From the IMG/VR virus record IMGVR_UViG_3300034073_004285, positions 1 to 58,859 of that record: 58,859 nucleotides of DNA, one strand, 5' to 3'. A program made the position numbers and the translations under genes. Shown here piece after piece: positions 8,877 to 17,252 of the stretch (the first letter of the stretch is position 1; each line of letters opens with the position of its first letter). The notes under the pieces are model-generated. The model was given only the letters and a program-made list of their open reading frames with translations. It ran no database searches and was not told where the DNA came from. This DNA comes from a virus. Its lineage: Duplodnaviria; Caudoviricetes.

Positions 8877-11330
8877 ATGGCACTCGAAACTTTGGCGATC
8901 GGTCTAGCTCTCAACGTCGGCTCCTCTCTGTTAGGAGCAATTTTTGGGCAACCCAGAAAACCGATTACCCAGAGGGAAATCAATAAGCTCGAAACTTTTG
9001 ATCAACCCCAATCCCGCTACGGTGAGGTTATTCCCCGTTGTTATGGCAAGGTAAGGGTACAGGGGATTTACGCTGCGGCTCAGGTGCCTTTCCCTTGGGA
9101 ACGAGACGATTATTTCAACAGCTCTACCAGCGAGTGGGAGCTAACCTATATCTACTACGGCAACTTGGCCGTGGTGTGGTGTCTAAAGCCACGGATCAGC
9201 AGTTCACCCGTCGTCAAACGGATCTACTTTAATAAGCAGTTCTATTACTCCGACGGGAGTATTGATTCAATCCTCGGCTTGTACTGGGGACAGTTTGAGG
9301 GGTTAACCGTTAACAACTACTACGGCGATCAAACCGCTGCCGACCCGATTACCGATTTTCTGGGAGAGTACCAAACCGCTTTTAAAAATACCGTCTATTC
9401 AGCTCTGGGACGTTTGCGCCTTAACAACAGCGACGGCGGACTGTTTGACTTTCGATACCCCAACTTAGAGGCAGAAATCCACACTCACAGCGGCTCCCTT
9501 TACCTCTCGGCAGTGATCGCCGATCTACTGGAAGGGGCAGGCTACGATCCCAGTGAGTTTGATGTCACTGAGTTGGCCAACGTGGAAATCACCGGCTTTG
9601 TCACTGGGGTGGAAAGTCTAGCGGCTAAGTTAGAGCAGTTGCAGTTCTGCTATTTCTTCGAGATCGTTGACACCGGAGCCAAGCTCAAGTTCATCAAGTC
9701 CTTCCGCTCCAGTTCTTCGGCTTACCTGCCCTTGACGGTGCTGGGTGGCACTGACGGGGAAAAGGCAGGTGAGCTGTTTACCGAGTCCGAGGTGGAATTG
9801 TCCAGCCTGCCTACCTCTTTCCGGTTGGTTTATAACAACTACAACGACGACTACCAACAAGCCAGCAAAGAAAGTTTTCAAATCAAATTAGGGGAATGGG
9901 AGAACGTCGAGGAGGTGCAGACTACGCTCACCCTTAGCGAATCCGACTCTTTAACTATTGTCAACCGTCAACTGTTGCTGGCATGGGCACGACGCAAGCA
10001 ATACAAGTTTTCTTTACTCCCTCGCTTTCAGTACCTCGAAGCCGGTGACGTGGTAGACCTGATTCTGCGGGACGATACGGCCACCCAAGTCCAAATCACT
10101 CGGATCAACCAGTCCGCTTCTGGCTTGCTCACGGTGGAGGCTGTTGGTTACGACGGCTCAATATTTGGGCTCGGCTACACCGCACCAGCAGACAACCAAA
10201 CCACCGCCACCATCACCCAAGGCGATCCTATCCCCCTTGGCCAAGCCGATATTTACGCCGTCAACTCCGTTACCAACGCTGACGGCACGGTTACCTACAC
10301 CGAGGGGGACGACTACACCGTAGACACCGCCACCGGCACTGTCACCCCTGTGGAAGGGGGCGATATTCCCGAAGGCTCCGAGGTGATCATCTACTGGCAA
10401 GGTGAACCTCAAGACCCGCCTCCACCTGCCGCTCCAATTGACACCACCCTAGCGGCGATCGATATTGTCAAACCCACCGATAGCGACGCACCAGGGATCT
10501 ACGTTTTTGCCGATGGGGACTCCCCTTGGCAGTCAGCAACCCTCTGGATCTCTAATGACGGCACCAACTACGTCAGTGGGGGCACAATTTACCGAGGCTT
10601 TTTCGGCACTTGTGGCTCTATCCTCCCCGACGGCTCTGGTATTGATAACCTCTCCACCCTTTCCGTCGTTTTGACGGAAACCATGTCCTTGCCAGCTAGT
10701 GGCCGAGTATTGGTGGGGAACGAGATCCTTGACTATAGCAGTGCCGTTTTAGCCGCATCCACCTCCACCAGTCGCACCTATACCCTCAGCCAGTTCAACC
10801 GAGCACTACGCAACACCGACGGCACTGGCCACGTTGCCAACGAGGACTTTTATCTGCTCTCTGGGTATAAGTACGTCTCGGCTATTTCCGAAGCCGATAT
10901 AGGCACAACCCGCTACTTTAAAGCCGTTACACCAGGGCAAGAATTAGCCGACGTAACGGCGATCTCTATTCTGATTGAAGGCAACTCCCTCAAGGGTTTT
11001 CAAATCACCCATTTTTCCCCCACTCAAGGGGAAATAGGAACAGCAATTTCTATCTATGGCTCTGGCTTTACAGGAGCCACCTCAGCGGCAGTCAACGGCA
11101 CAAACATAACCAGTTTTGTTGTCGTTTCAGACACCGAGATCACTGGGATAGTAGCCACAGGAACCACCACAGGGAAAGTGTCAGTAACGGTGGGGAGTAA
11201 TACGGCTTACAGTGTGGCTGATTTTGTTGTCACTGTATTGGCTGTAGAATGGGGGGACATTGGCGGCAATGCTGGTGACAACCCCACGTTAGAATATGAA
11301 TTGTTAAAGTTATTTTGGGTGCAATTATGA
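8877..11330 (+). CDS. Tail tip / host specificity protein (GTA-type central tail protein) with C-terminal IPT/TIG domain
   Basis: SRYGEVIPRCYGKVRV, LEAGDVV and RALRNT motifs; C-terminal ITHFSPTQGEIGTAISIYGSGF Ig-like domain. Confidence 0.8.
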   Translation: MALETLAIGLALNVGSSLLGAIFGQPRKPITQREINKLETFDQPQSRYGEVIPRCYGKVRVQGIYAAAQVPFPWERDDYFNSSTSEWELTYIYYGNLAVVWCLKPRISSSPVVKRIYFNKQFYYSDGSIDSILGLYWGQFEGLTVNNYYGDQTAADPITDFLGEYQTAFKNTVYSALGRLRLNNSDGGLFDFRYPNLEAEIHTHSGSLYLSAVIADLLEGAGYDPSEFDVTELANVEITGFVTGVESLAAKLEQLQFCYFFEIVDTGAKLKFIKSFRSSSSAYLPLTVLGGTDGEKAGELFTESEVELSSLPTSFRLVYNNYNDDYQQASKESFQIKLGEWENVEEVQTTLTLSESDSLTIVNRQLLLAWARRKQYKFSLLPRFQYLEAGDVVDLILRDDTATQVQITRINQSASGLLTVEAVGYDGSIFGLGYTAPADNQTTATITQGDPIPLGQADIYAVNSVTNADGTVTYTEGDDYTVDTATGTVTPVEGGDIPEGSEVIIYWQGEPQDPPPPAAPIDTTLAAIDIVKPTDSDAPGIYVFADGDSPWQSATLWISNDGTNYVSGGTIYRGFFGTCGSILPDGSGIDNLSTLSVVLTETMSLPASGRVLVGNEILDYSSAVLAASTSTSRTYTLSQFNRALRNTDGTGHVANEDFYLLSGYKYVSAISEADIGTTRYFKAVTPGQELADVTAISILIEGNSLKGFQITHFSPTQGEIGTAISIYGSGFTGATSAAVNGTNITSFVVVSDTEITGIVATGTTTGKVSVTVGSNTAYSVADFVVTVLAVEWGDIGGNAGDNPTLEYELLKLFWVQL

Positions 11331-11674
11331 TGGAATTTCCAACTAATCCTATAGACTATCCAAGATTTATTTTCTTAGATACGCAATCAGAACCTCTGGC
11401 GCTTTATAAGCCTTTTCAATACATTGCCAATCTGTCTGGGGATGTTTTTATTGACCTAATCGGAATGGTTTTGGGAGGCGAAGAAACCAAGGTATGCGTT
11501 CCCTTGGCTGACTTTACTTCTGGCAGGTTTATCCCTGTATTACAAGTCAACAATTTAAGGCAATTGGTAGGGTCTTTTCAATCGTTAGACTCTAACGTGT
11601 TGTTTGGCGGTTCATTCCCAAATAATGCGCCTGTTATTGAAATTCCCGATCCACTTATTAATCCAGAGGTATAA
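11327..11674 (+). CDS. Hypothetical protein of the tail fibre module
   Basis: ATGA overlap with the upstream gene. Confidence 0.55.
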   Translation: MMEFPTNPIDYPRFIFLDTQSEPLALYKPFQYIANLSGDVFIDLIGMVLGGEETKVCVPLADFTSGRFIPVLQVNNLRQLVGSFQSLDSNVLFGGSFPNNAPVIEIPDPLINPEV

Positions 11675-11676
11675 AA

Positions 11677-12024
11677 ATGTCCACTATTTCTGACCCGCAA
11701 TTTAAAGGGGCTGTTTTAAATAGCACTTTGACAACTGCATTGTTAACTGCTTCGGCGGGCACTAGGATTAAAATTGACCATATCACGATTAGCAACGGAG
11801 GAACTGCGGGGACGGTTACTTTAAGCCGTTTTGATAGCTCCGCCAGTGCCAGCTATAGGCTTTTAAATGCTTACACTATCGCCGCAAATAATGCCACTAC
11901 TGGCAATCTCCCCCCAGTTGAATTAATGACACTTTACCTAGAGGCTGGGGACGAATTAAGGGGCGGGGCTACAACCACAACCGACGCTGAAATTTCTATT
12001 GATTATTTTGTGATTACATTATGA
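11677..12024 (+). CDS. Small beta-rich virion or tail fibre-associated protein
   Basis: LYLEAGDELRG motif typical of small proteins that precede glycine-rich fibres. Confidence 0.6.
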   Translation: MSTISDPQFKGAVLNSTLTTALLTASAGTRIKIDHITISNGGTAGTVTLSRFDSSASASYRLLNAYTIAANNATTGNLPPVELMTLYLEAGDELRGGATTTTDAEISIDYFVITL

Positions 12025-13073
12025 CAGTTCATAAAGTTAACAATAAGCATGGCAAAATCATAAGGTCTGGATTAAGTCATGGTGCGAAAGTTATTGCAAC
12101 GCCCAGTACCGATATTGCTCAAGCTCAATCGTCACGAATCAAAAATGCTTTAGGGCGAAACGTCGGGGTCTCAACTGGCACGGGAGGAAGTGGCGGGGCT
12201 GGTGTTTTTGACGCTATTTTTACAGCACCGGGAACCTATTCATGGACAGTGCCCAGTGGGGTTACGTCTGTCTGTGTTGTGTGTGTAGGGGGTGGGGGGG
12301 CAGGCGATGACGGAAATTCTGGGGACGGTGGCGGCGGGGGCGGGGGCGGTGGTGGTTTAATTTTCGCCAATTACATCCCTGTAACGCCGGGGGCATCCTG
12401 TTCTGTTGTGGTGGGTGCTGGCGGGAGCAACGGAAACGGAAAAGGAGCTAGGTCGCAATCTGGGGGAAATAGCTCGTTTACTTGCACGGCAGGAAGTTTG
12501 ACCGCAAATGGCGGACAGGGAGGGGGAAATTATCCTGCTATTCCGGGCGCCACGGGGGGAAGTTTTAGTTTTTCGTTGCCCTCAACCATTCCTGTTTTTG
12601 GCTTTAGCGGAGGAAATGGGGGCAGTCCTTACGATGGCGGCGGGGGCGGTGGTGGATCGGCAGGATTCGGGGGTAACGGCGGCAACGGGTCTATGTCCTC
12701 TAATCAAGTTGGACATTTATATTCAGTAACGTCAACATTGAATTTTGGCGCAGGGGGCGGCGGCGGTGCGGTTTTTGCCCGCGGGCTGGGCAGTGGAGGC
12801 GGTGGGAATGGAGGGGTCGGTGGCAGTAATACCACTGGAGGCGGGGGCGGGGGAAGCTATATTTTCAGGACTGATATTTTATCCCTTATTAATGGTTCCA
12901 ATGGCAACAATTTAACCTCTGCTGGCTCAAAAGGGGGAAATGGAGGTTTTCCGGGCGGTGGCGGTGGCGGTTCATGGGACAACAATACGGGCGTAGTCTC
13001 AAACGGTGGCAACGGTGTAGTCAGAATTGTCTGGGGAGATGATGCGCTGTTCCCTTACAATGCACTTGTTTAA
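12021..13073 (+). CDS. Glycine-rich domain tail fibre / adhesin
   Basis: FTAPGTYSWTVPSGVTSVCVVCVGGGG ... GGNGVVRIVW boundaries with poly-Gly loops. Confidence 0.78.
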   Translation: MTVHKVNNKHGKIIRSGLSHGAKVIATPSTDIAQAQSSRIKNALGRNVGVSTGTGGSGGAGVFDAIFTAPGTYSWTVPSGVTSVCVVCVGGGGAGDDGNSGDGGGGGGGGGGLIFANYIPVTPGASCSVVVGAGGSNGNGKGARSQSGGNSSFTCTAGSLTANGGQGGGNYPAIPGATGGSFSFSLPSTIPVFGFSGGNGGSPYDGGGGGGGSAGFGGNGGNGSMSSNQVGHLYSVTSTLNFGAGGGGGAVFARGLGSGGGGNGGVGGSNTTGGGGGGSYIFRTDILSLINGSNGNNLTSAGSKGGNGGFPGGGGGGSWDNNTGVVSNGGNGVVRIVWGDDALFPYNALV

Positions 13074-13093
13074 CCGTGCCTTGATTCAGTCGC

Positions 13094-14479
13094 TTAAGAT
13101 ATTAATACCTTATCAAAGGTAAAACTCTTAATAAAATAAGTCCCAGTTCCCGATCTACAAATCAGTCGTTGCCCTGTTCTTTCTATCCGCAAACAACAGA
13201 TACTCCCCGGAGGGTCTGCTATAGCCGTATCATCTTCATAGAGTAGAAATGACTCTCCCCCAGTAGAGTCAAGTACTGATTCCTCGTCATTCTCCCAAAT
13301 AACAGACACTAGCACCCAGTAAAGAGCCAACCCTGAGACAGGGAAACTATCTGGGTCTAATGGATCGCTCCCCCCGTCAACCTCGTCCCCATCATTAACC
13401 CCGTCCCCATCGGTATCGGAGTTGTTTGGGTCTGTTCCTAACAAAATTTCCTCGTCATCGGTTAGCCCGTCGCCGTCTGAATCTAGAGAGCTAGCTACAC
13501 CGATCGCCGTAACAGCCATTCCCCCCAGATTGAAAATAACTTCATCCTCACTGTAGGCTTCAAAGCGAAAACTGATCCTATCCTCAGCAAAACGCACGTC
13601 TTGAACCGTATTAGTCTGCCAATCCTTGAAGCGAAACGGGATTGCCATGCCCCGACAGACACGAAACAATCTAATCAGATAATCCAACTCCGAACGGATC
13701 AAAAGCCGATCGCCAATGTCCCAACTACCAAGGGAAGAGTCCCAGCGGGATTTTCGTAGCTCAAATTCGGCGGCGTTGGCTTTGATGCCTGTGGAAAAAG
13801 ACGGGCCGCCTAGGGTGCCGAAATCGTAACCGAGATCGATCACCTCTGCCAGACTACCAGGAAGAGCGTCTAAATCAGGGTAAATGGTTGGCTCTACCCG
13901 AATTTCGGTGCAAGTCAATGGTGCCAGAGTAAACAATCCCTTGGCTTCAAAAGTAAAATCTATTTTGTCCTGCTCAAACCTTACTGGCACGTCAAACTCA
14001 AAATCAACGGCGATCGCCCCTGTTAGTTCGGTGGTGAGGACTCCCGTGGTGGTATCCACGCTCCAACCGTTTTCCTCTTCCACGCCGTCAACGTAAACCA
14101 CCACACTACCGGCTACCGGCTTGGTTATAGGTCTGGTTACCGTAGCAGTGGAAATTGAGTAAGTTTTCACCAGTTGCCACGTTTGCACCGTACCATTCCC
14201 CGTTCCTATCGATTGATTAGTCGCTTTGTAATCGCTCCAGTCCCTCAGCCGGAAGCCGATCGCCGCCCCTTTGACGGTGGCATGGAAAGCTAGTAGGGTG
14301 TTCAGTTCGGACTGGGTAACACGGCGATCGCCGAGCTGTGCCATAACTAGCGGCTGGCTCCACAATACCCGCCGTTGCTCCTGCCCATCGGATTGGGTGA
14401 GGACGGCAGTGTTGAACCGTGGGCCAAAGGTGGCTCCGTAGTTAATGCCCAAGTCTAATCGTTGCTCGTGAAACGTCAT
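13094..14479 (-). CDS. Distal tail protein (DUF2460/TIGR02217-like), tandem domain plus acidic Ca-binding repeats
   Basis: FHEQRL, GPRFNT, EQRR, GFRLRDWSDY, RPITKPVAGSV, FEFDVPVRF; partial second copy; DSDGDGLTD...GTDP repeats. Confidence 0.85.
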   Translation of the reverse strand: MTFHEQRLDLGINYGATFGPRFNTAVLTQSDGQEQRRVLWSQPLVMAQLGDRRVTQSELNTLLAFHATVKGAAIGFRLRDWSDYKATNQSIGTGNGTVQTWQLVKTYSISTATVTRPITKPVAGSVVVYVDGVEEENGWSVDTTTGVLTTELTGAIAVDFEFDVPVRFEQDKIDFTFEAKGLFTLAPLTCTEIRVEPTIYPDLDALPGSLAEVIDLGYDFGTLGGPSFSTGIKANAAEFELRKSRWDSSLGSWDIGDRLLIRSELDYLIRLFRVCRGMAIPFRFKDWQTNTVQDVRFAEDRISFRFEAYSEDEVIFNLGGMAVTAIGVASSLDSDGDGLTDDEEILLGTDPNNSDTDGDGVNDGDEVDGGSDPLDPDSFPVSGLALYWVLVSVIWENDEESVLDSTGGESFLLYEDDTAIADPPGSICCLRIERTGQRLICRSGTGTYFIKSFTFDKVLIS

Positions 14480-15336
14480 GCCGGTTGCTCGTCTGCTCTA
14501 GTGGTGACTGTATCCTGCCCCGGTAGTGCCGGTTCCCCCTGAAAATTATCTTTATTGCCGTAGACAGACCTACATGTGCCAAAGGTTTTATCACAAGCTC
14601 TAACGATTAAAGCCGTATCCCCTACAGTGACAGGGTTCGGTGGCGGGTTCAACAGCCGAATCGTGGTACCACTGGAGTAAATTACCGTGCCAGTGTAGCC
14701 GGTGTTGTCCCCCGTTAGCCACGTCAGGGTTCCTCCCAGAAAATAATTGTCAGCACGGCTCAGATTAGTGGAAAAATTCTTGTCACTGGTAACACCGGCG
14801 ATCGTGGCCGTCTCGGTAAAGTTGGCTAAATTGATCCCGCAGACCGAGTCACCGAACTGGTTGCGGCAAGTTTTACTGGTGACTGCCCCTTGTTTGGTTT
14901 GGAGCAAATCCTGCAAACCCCTCGCCTCCACCGTATAGCCCAAATCCGTTAGGCTCACCTTCCCCAACCGTCCCGACACCAGCGGCTCGTACTGGTAGGG
15001 AGAGTCAAAGGTGGTAGGCAAAACGAAAGGATTCACCCGAAACACAAAAACGGCGGCGTTATCGTAGGCTCCTCTGGCTATTTCCGCCTCTGTCACCGAG
15101 TCAGAAAAATAGGAAACCAGCGACACCTGATCAGCCTGTTTCTCTAAGCTCCGATCTATATCCGACGGCAGTATTCCCCCCTCGGCGTGATAGGTGACAC
15201 CGTCAATCACCAAAGGGCGATCGAACTCCGTTAAACCCACTACCACACCGTCGGTGCGGGTGATTCGCCAACAGCAAGGTAGGTAGTTGGAGGACTGGGA
15301 TAAGTAGGATAGGAACGGGGCTGTGTAAGATTTCAT
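14476..15336 (-). CDS. Tail hub protein (DUF2163 / BR0599-like)
   Basis: CWRITRTDGVVVGLTEFDRPL, CRNQFGDSVCGINL, CDKTFGTC...NFQGEP. Confidence 0.88.
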   Translation of the reverse strand: MKSYTAPFLSYLSQSSNYLPCCWRITRTDGVVVGLTEFDRPLVIDGVTYHAEGGILPSDIDRSLEKQADQVSLVSYFSDSVTEAEIARGAYDNAAVFVFRVNPFVLPTTFDSPYQYEPLVSGRLGKVSLTDLGYTVEARGLQDLLQTKQGAVTSKTCRNQFGDSVCGINLANFTETATIAGVTSDKNFSTNLSRADNYFLGGTLTWLTGDNTGYTGTVIYSSGTTIRLLNPPPNPVTVGDTALIVRACDKTFGTCRSVYGNKDNFQGEPALPGQDTVTTRADEQPA

Positions 15337-15342
15337 GCCACC

Positions 15343-15357
15343 ATTCTGGATTTATAC
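15343..15357 (-). promoter_or_regulatory. Late-promoter-like motif GTATAAATCCAGAAT
   Basis: 6 nt upstream of the hub gene ATG. Confidence 0.7.
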
Positions 15358-15378
15358 AAAAATTCTTTTGGAAACCCC

Positions 15379-15408
15379 TTGATATCATCACACCGGTTGT
15401 GTTATATT
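15379..15408 (+). promoter_or_regulatory. Sigma70-type promoter of accessory island 1
   Basis: TTGATA-N18-TATATT with extended TG; a near-identical layout occurs at 16385-16414. Confidence 0.6.
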
Positions 15409-15438
15409 TATTTTATTGAAACAACCAACCACAAAACC

Positions 15439-15942
15439 ATGAACACCACAGCTATCGCTCAACACCTCAATATCCTTGATTCCGCAATCATCGAAGTTCA
15501 AGAATGGGCTTCTGTCATTTGGGTTAAATTTGTAGGCGGTTGCCGTTTTGTGTCCAAAAAAATTAACGAGGCTAAAAAAATGAGCAAATTAACAATAATT
15601 GACGGAAAAGGATTTGGTGCTACCATTGTCCATGAAGACGGGCATAGCGAGTATTACAGCCAGCTAAGTGGCGACCTTTACATAGTTGGAACTGTATTAG
15701 GAAATTATTATGATTACCAACATTGTCTAATCGCATTAGATGCTGGCGGCGAAGTGATTGACAGTAGCACCAGTAAATGGGGAGAAACTCGCCTCCACAA
15801 AGTTTCAGTTGATTCCGACAAATTAATTGAATACTGCCAAAAACTAGAAAAAGCACGTAACCCTCGCGCTGGCATGATGCAAACCAGCACAGGTGAGTGG
15901 GTCATGGCAGATGATTGGGATCGGATTGAATGCTGTCGATAA
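15439..15942 (+). CDS. Accessory (moron) hypothetical protein
   Basis: ATG after the AACCAACCAC leader; AT-rich; opposite strand to the tail genes. Confidence 0.7.
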   Translation: MNTTAIAQHLNILDSAIIEVQEWASVIWVKFVGGCRFVSKKINEAKKMSKLTIIDGKGFGATIVHEDGHSEYYSQLSGDLYIVGTVLGNYYDYQHCLIALDAGGEVIDSSTSKWGETRLHKVSVDSDKLIEYCQKLEKARNPRAGMMQTSTGEWVMADDWDRIECCR

Positions 15943-16103
15943 TGAACAAGATCCCCTCTCTCCAACAGTGGCGGCGATTCAAGCTGTGGCTAGACAACGA
16001 TTGCAATGTCAAAGCCACAGCAAAGGCGGACGGCTCCCAGCCTGAAATAATCCGCAAGGCGATCGCCGCCGTCCACTGGCACCTAAAAAAATCAAAAACC
16101 TAA
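15942..16103 (+). CDS. 53-aa putative HTH protein (not in the ORF track)
   Basis: Manual translation MNKIPSLQQWRRFKLWLDNDCNVKATAKADGSQPEIIRKAIAAVHWHLKKSKT; TAATG coupling; ends at a terminator. Confidence 0.55.
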   Translation: MNKIPSLQQWRRFKLWLDNDCNVKATAKADGSQPEIIRKAIAAVHWHLKKSKT

Positions 16104-16105
16104 TC

Positions 16106-16144
16106 AAAATCCCCGCTAACCAACCACGGAAAAGCGGGGATTTT
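16106..16144. terminator. Bidirectional intrinsic terminator with AACCAACCACGGA in the loop
   Basis: AAAATCCCCGC / GCGGGGATTTT 11-bp stem; near-identical copy at 17207-17246. Confidence 0.75.
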
Positions 16145-16190
16145 GCAACTAGCCATAAAGCGGCTTGCACACTTAAAAGTAGTATAGCCT

Positions 16191-16379
16191 ATGACCCCCT
16201 GCCTTTACTGCAACCATCCTAAAACCCACAAGCACGGCGATCGCCGTTTCAAATGTCCCAACTGTGGCAAAACCTTCCGAGTAGATAAACTCTCGGAGAC
16301 GGGAAGGCCTGCGATCGGCGATCGACCCATGACGGGATATGAACGGCTGAAACGTTGCCTCAGAAAAAAAAATTCCTGA
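16191..16379 (+). CDS. InsA-like zinc-ribbon protein
   Basis: CLYC...RRFKCPNCGKTF followed by a basic GRP...ERLKR tail. Confidence 0.6.
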   Translation: MTPCLYCNHPKTHKHGDRRFKCPNCGKTFRVDKLSETGRPAIGDRPMTGYERLKRCLRKKNS

Positions 16380-16384
16380 CCCCC

Positions 16385-16414
16385 TTGTCAGTTTCACACC
16401 ACTTGCGTTATATT
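16385..16414 (+). promoter_or_regulatory. Sigma70-type promoter of accessory island 2
   Basis: TTGTCA-N18-TATATT; shares a CACACC box with the island 1 promoter. Confidence 0.6.
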
Positions 16415-16449
16415 TAAAGAGTCAAACAACCAACCACGGAGACAAAATT

Positions 16450-16749
16450 ATGGAAATTTACCGCTACGCATCAACCGACATTCAACAACACCATCAAGAT
16501 CAGTTATCTAAATTTGGTTTGTGGTGGGCCGACTTGGAAGAGGCAGGAATTGAAACCGCTTATCTTGCATGGGATGGCGATACAATCACGGGATTTCAAA
16601 CCGTATCTATGGATGGGCTATGTGTGGCGATCGAGGTTGATCCCGAATTTCAAGGGCAGGGCATAGCTCGCGCATTGATTAATGAATCTGGTTGTACAAA
16701 GCCAGAACGCAATGAAAATCCTGAATTCTGGGAGGCGATTAATTACTAA
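16450..16749 (+). CDS. Minimal GNAT acetyltransferase
   Basis: IEVDPEFQGQGIARALI acetyl-CoA motif and N..FW; 99 aa, acidic. Confidence 0.8.
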   Translation: MEIYRYASTDIQQHHQDQLSKFGLWWADLEEAGIETAYLAWDGDTITGFQTVSMDGLCVAIEVDPEFQGQGIARALINESGCTKPERNENPEFWEAINY

Positions 16750-17204
16750 TGCGGCAAGTCATTAACTGGGAACCAATAGATCCCATATTGGGAACAAAAC
16801 CAGACCCCGAAATTGCCAAAAGCTTTAATATTCCAAGCACATCCGTTTTGAGAAGACGGCAAAAGCTCGGCATCCCTGCTGTTGGCTTTCACAATAAATA
16901 TCCCTGGCAAAACATCGACCCACTACTGGGGAAAATTTCAGACACCGAAATTAGTAAAAAAATTGATATTCCAAAAACGTCGCTGTATGAGAGGCGAAAA
17001 ATGCTGAATATCCCATCAGCCAAAAAGATAACGGAAGAAATGATCCAGCAGTGGATTGACTGGGAAATAGAAGGCATTCCACAAACTGAAATGGCTAAAC
17101 GCTCAAATGTTCACTGGACAACCGTTCATCGGCATTTGAATACGGCACTAAACAAGCCTAAATTTGGCAAGTTTGCACATTTGATCAAAGAATCCAAGCC
17201 TTAA
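16749..17204 (+). CDS. Triple-HTH DNA-binding protein
   Basis: Two W..IDP.LG...D.EI.K repeats plus a C-terminal QTEMAKRSNVHWTTVHRHL HTH. Confidence 0.7.
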   Translation: MRQVINWEPIDPILGTKPDPEIAKSFNIPSTSVLRRRQKLGIPAVGFHNKYPWQNIDPLLGKISDTEISKKIDIPKTSLYERRKMLNIPSAKKITEEMIQQWIDWEIEGIPQTEMAKRSNVHWTTVHRHLNTALNKPKFGKFAHLIKESKP

Positions 17205-17206
17205 TC

Positions 17207-17246
17207 AAAATCCCCGCCAAACCAACCACGGAAAAGCGGGGATTTT
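17207..17246. terminator. Bidirectional terminator between island 2 and the tape measure gene
   Basis: Same 11-bp stem and nearly the same loop as 16106-16144. Confidence 0.75.
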
Positions 17247-17252
17247 TCTACT

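Noticed and set aside
8877-13073. Invertase-controlled tail fibre inversion
   Set aside because: I found no serine invertase and no flanking inverted repeats; the unit has its own promoter-like motif.
16191-16379. IS1 element
   Set aside because: Only an InsA-like zinc ribbon is present, with no DDE transposase or terminal inverted repeats; the same applies at 45542-45658.
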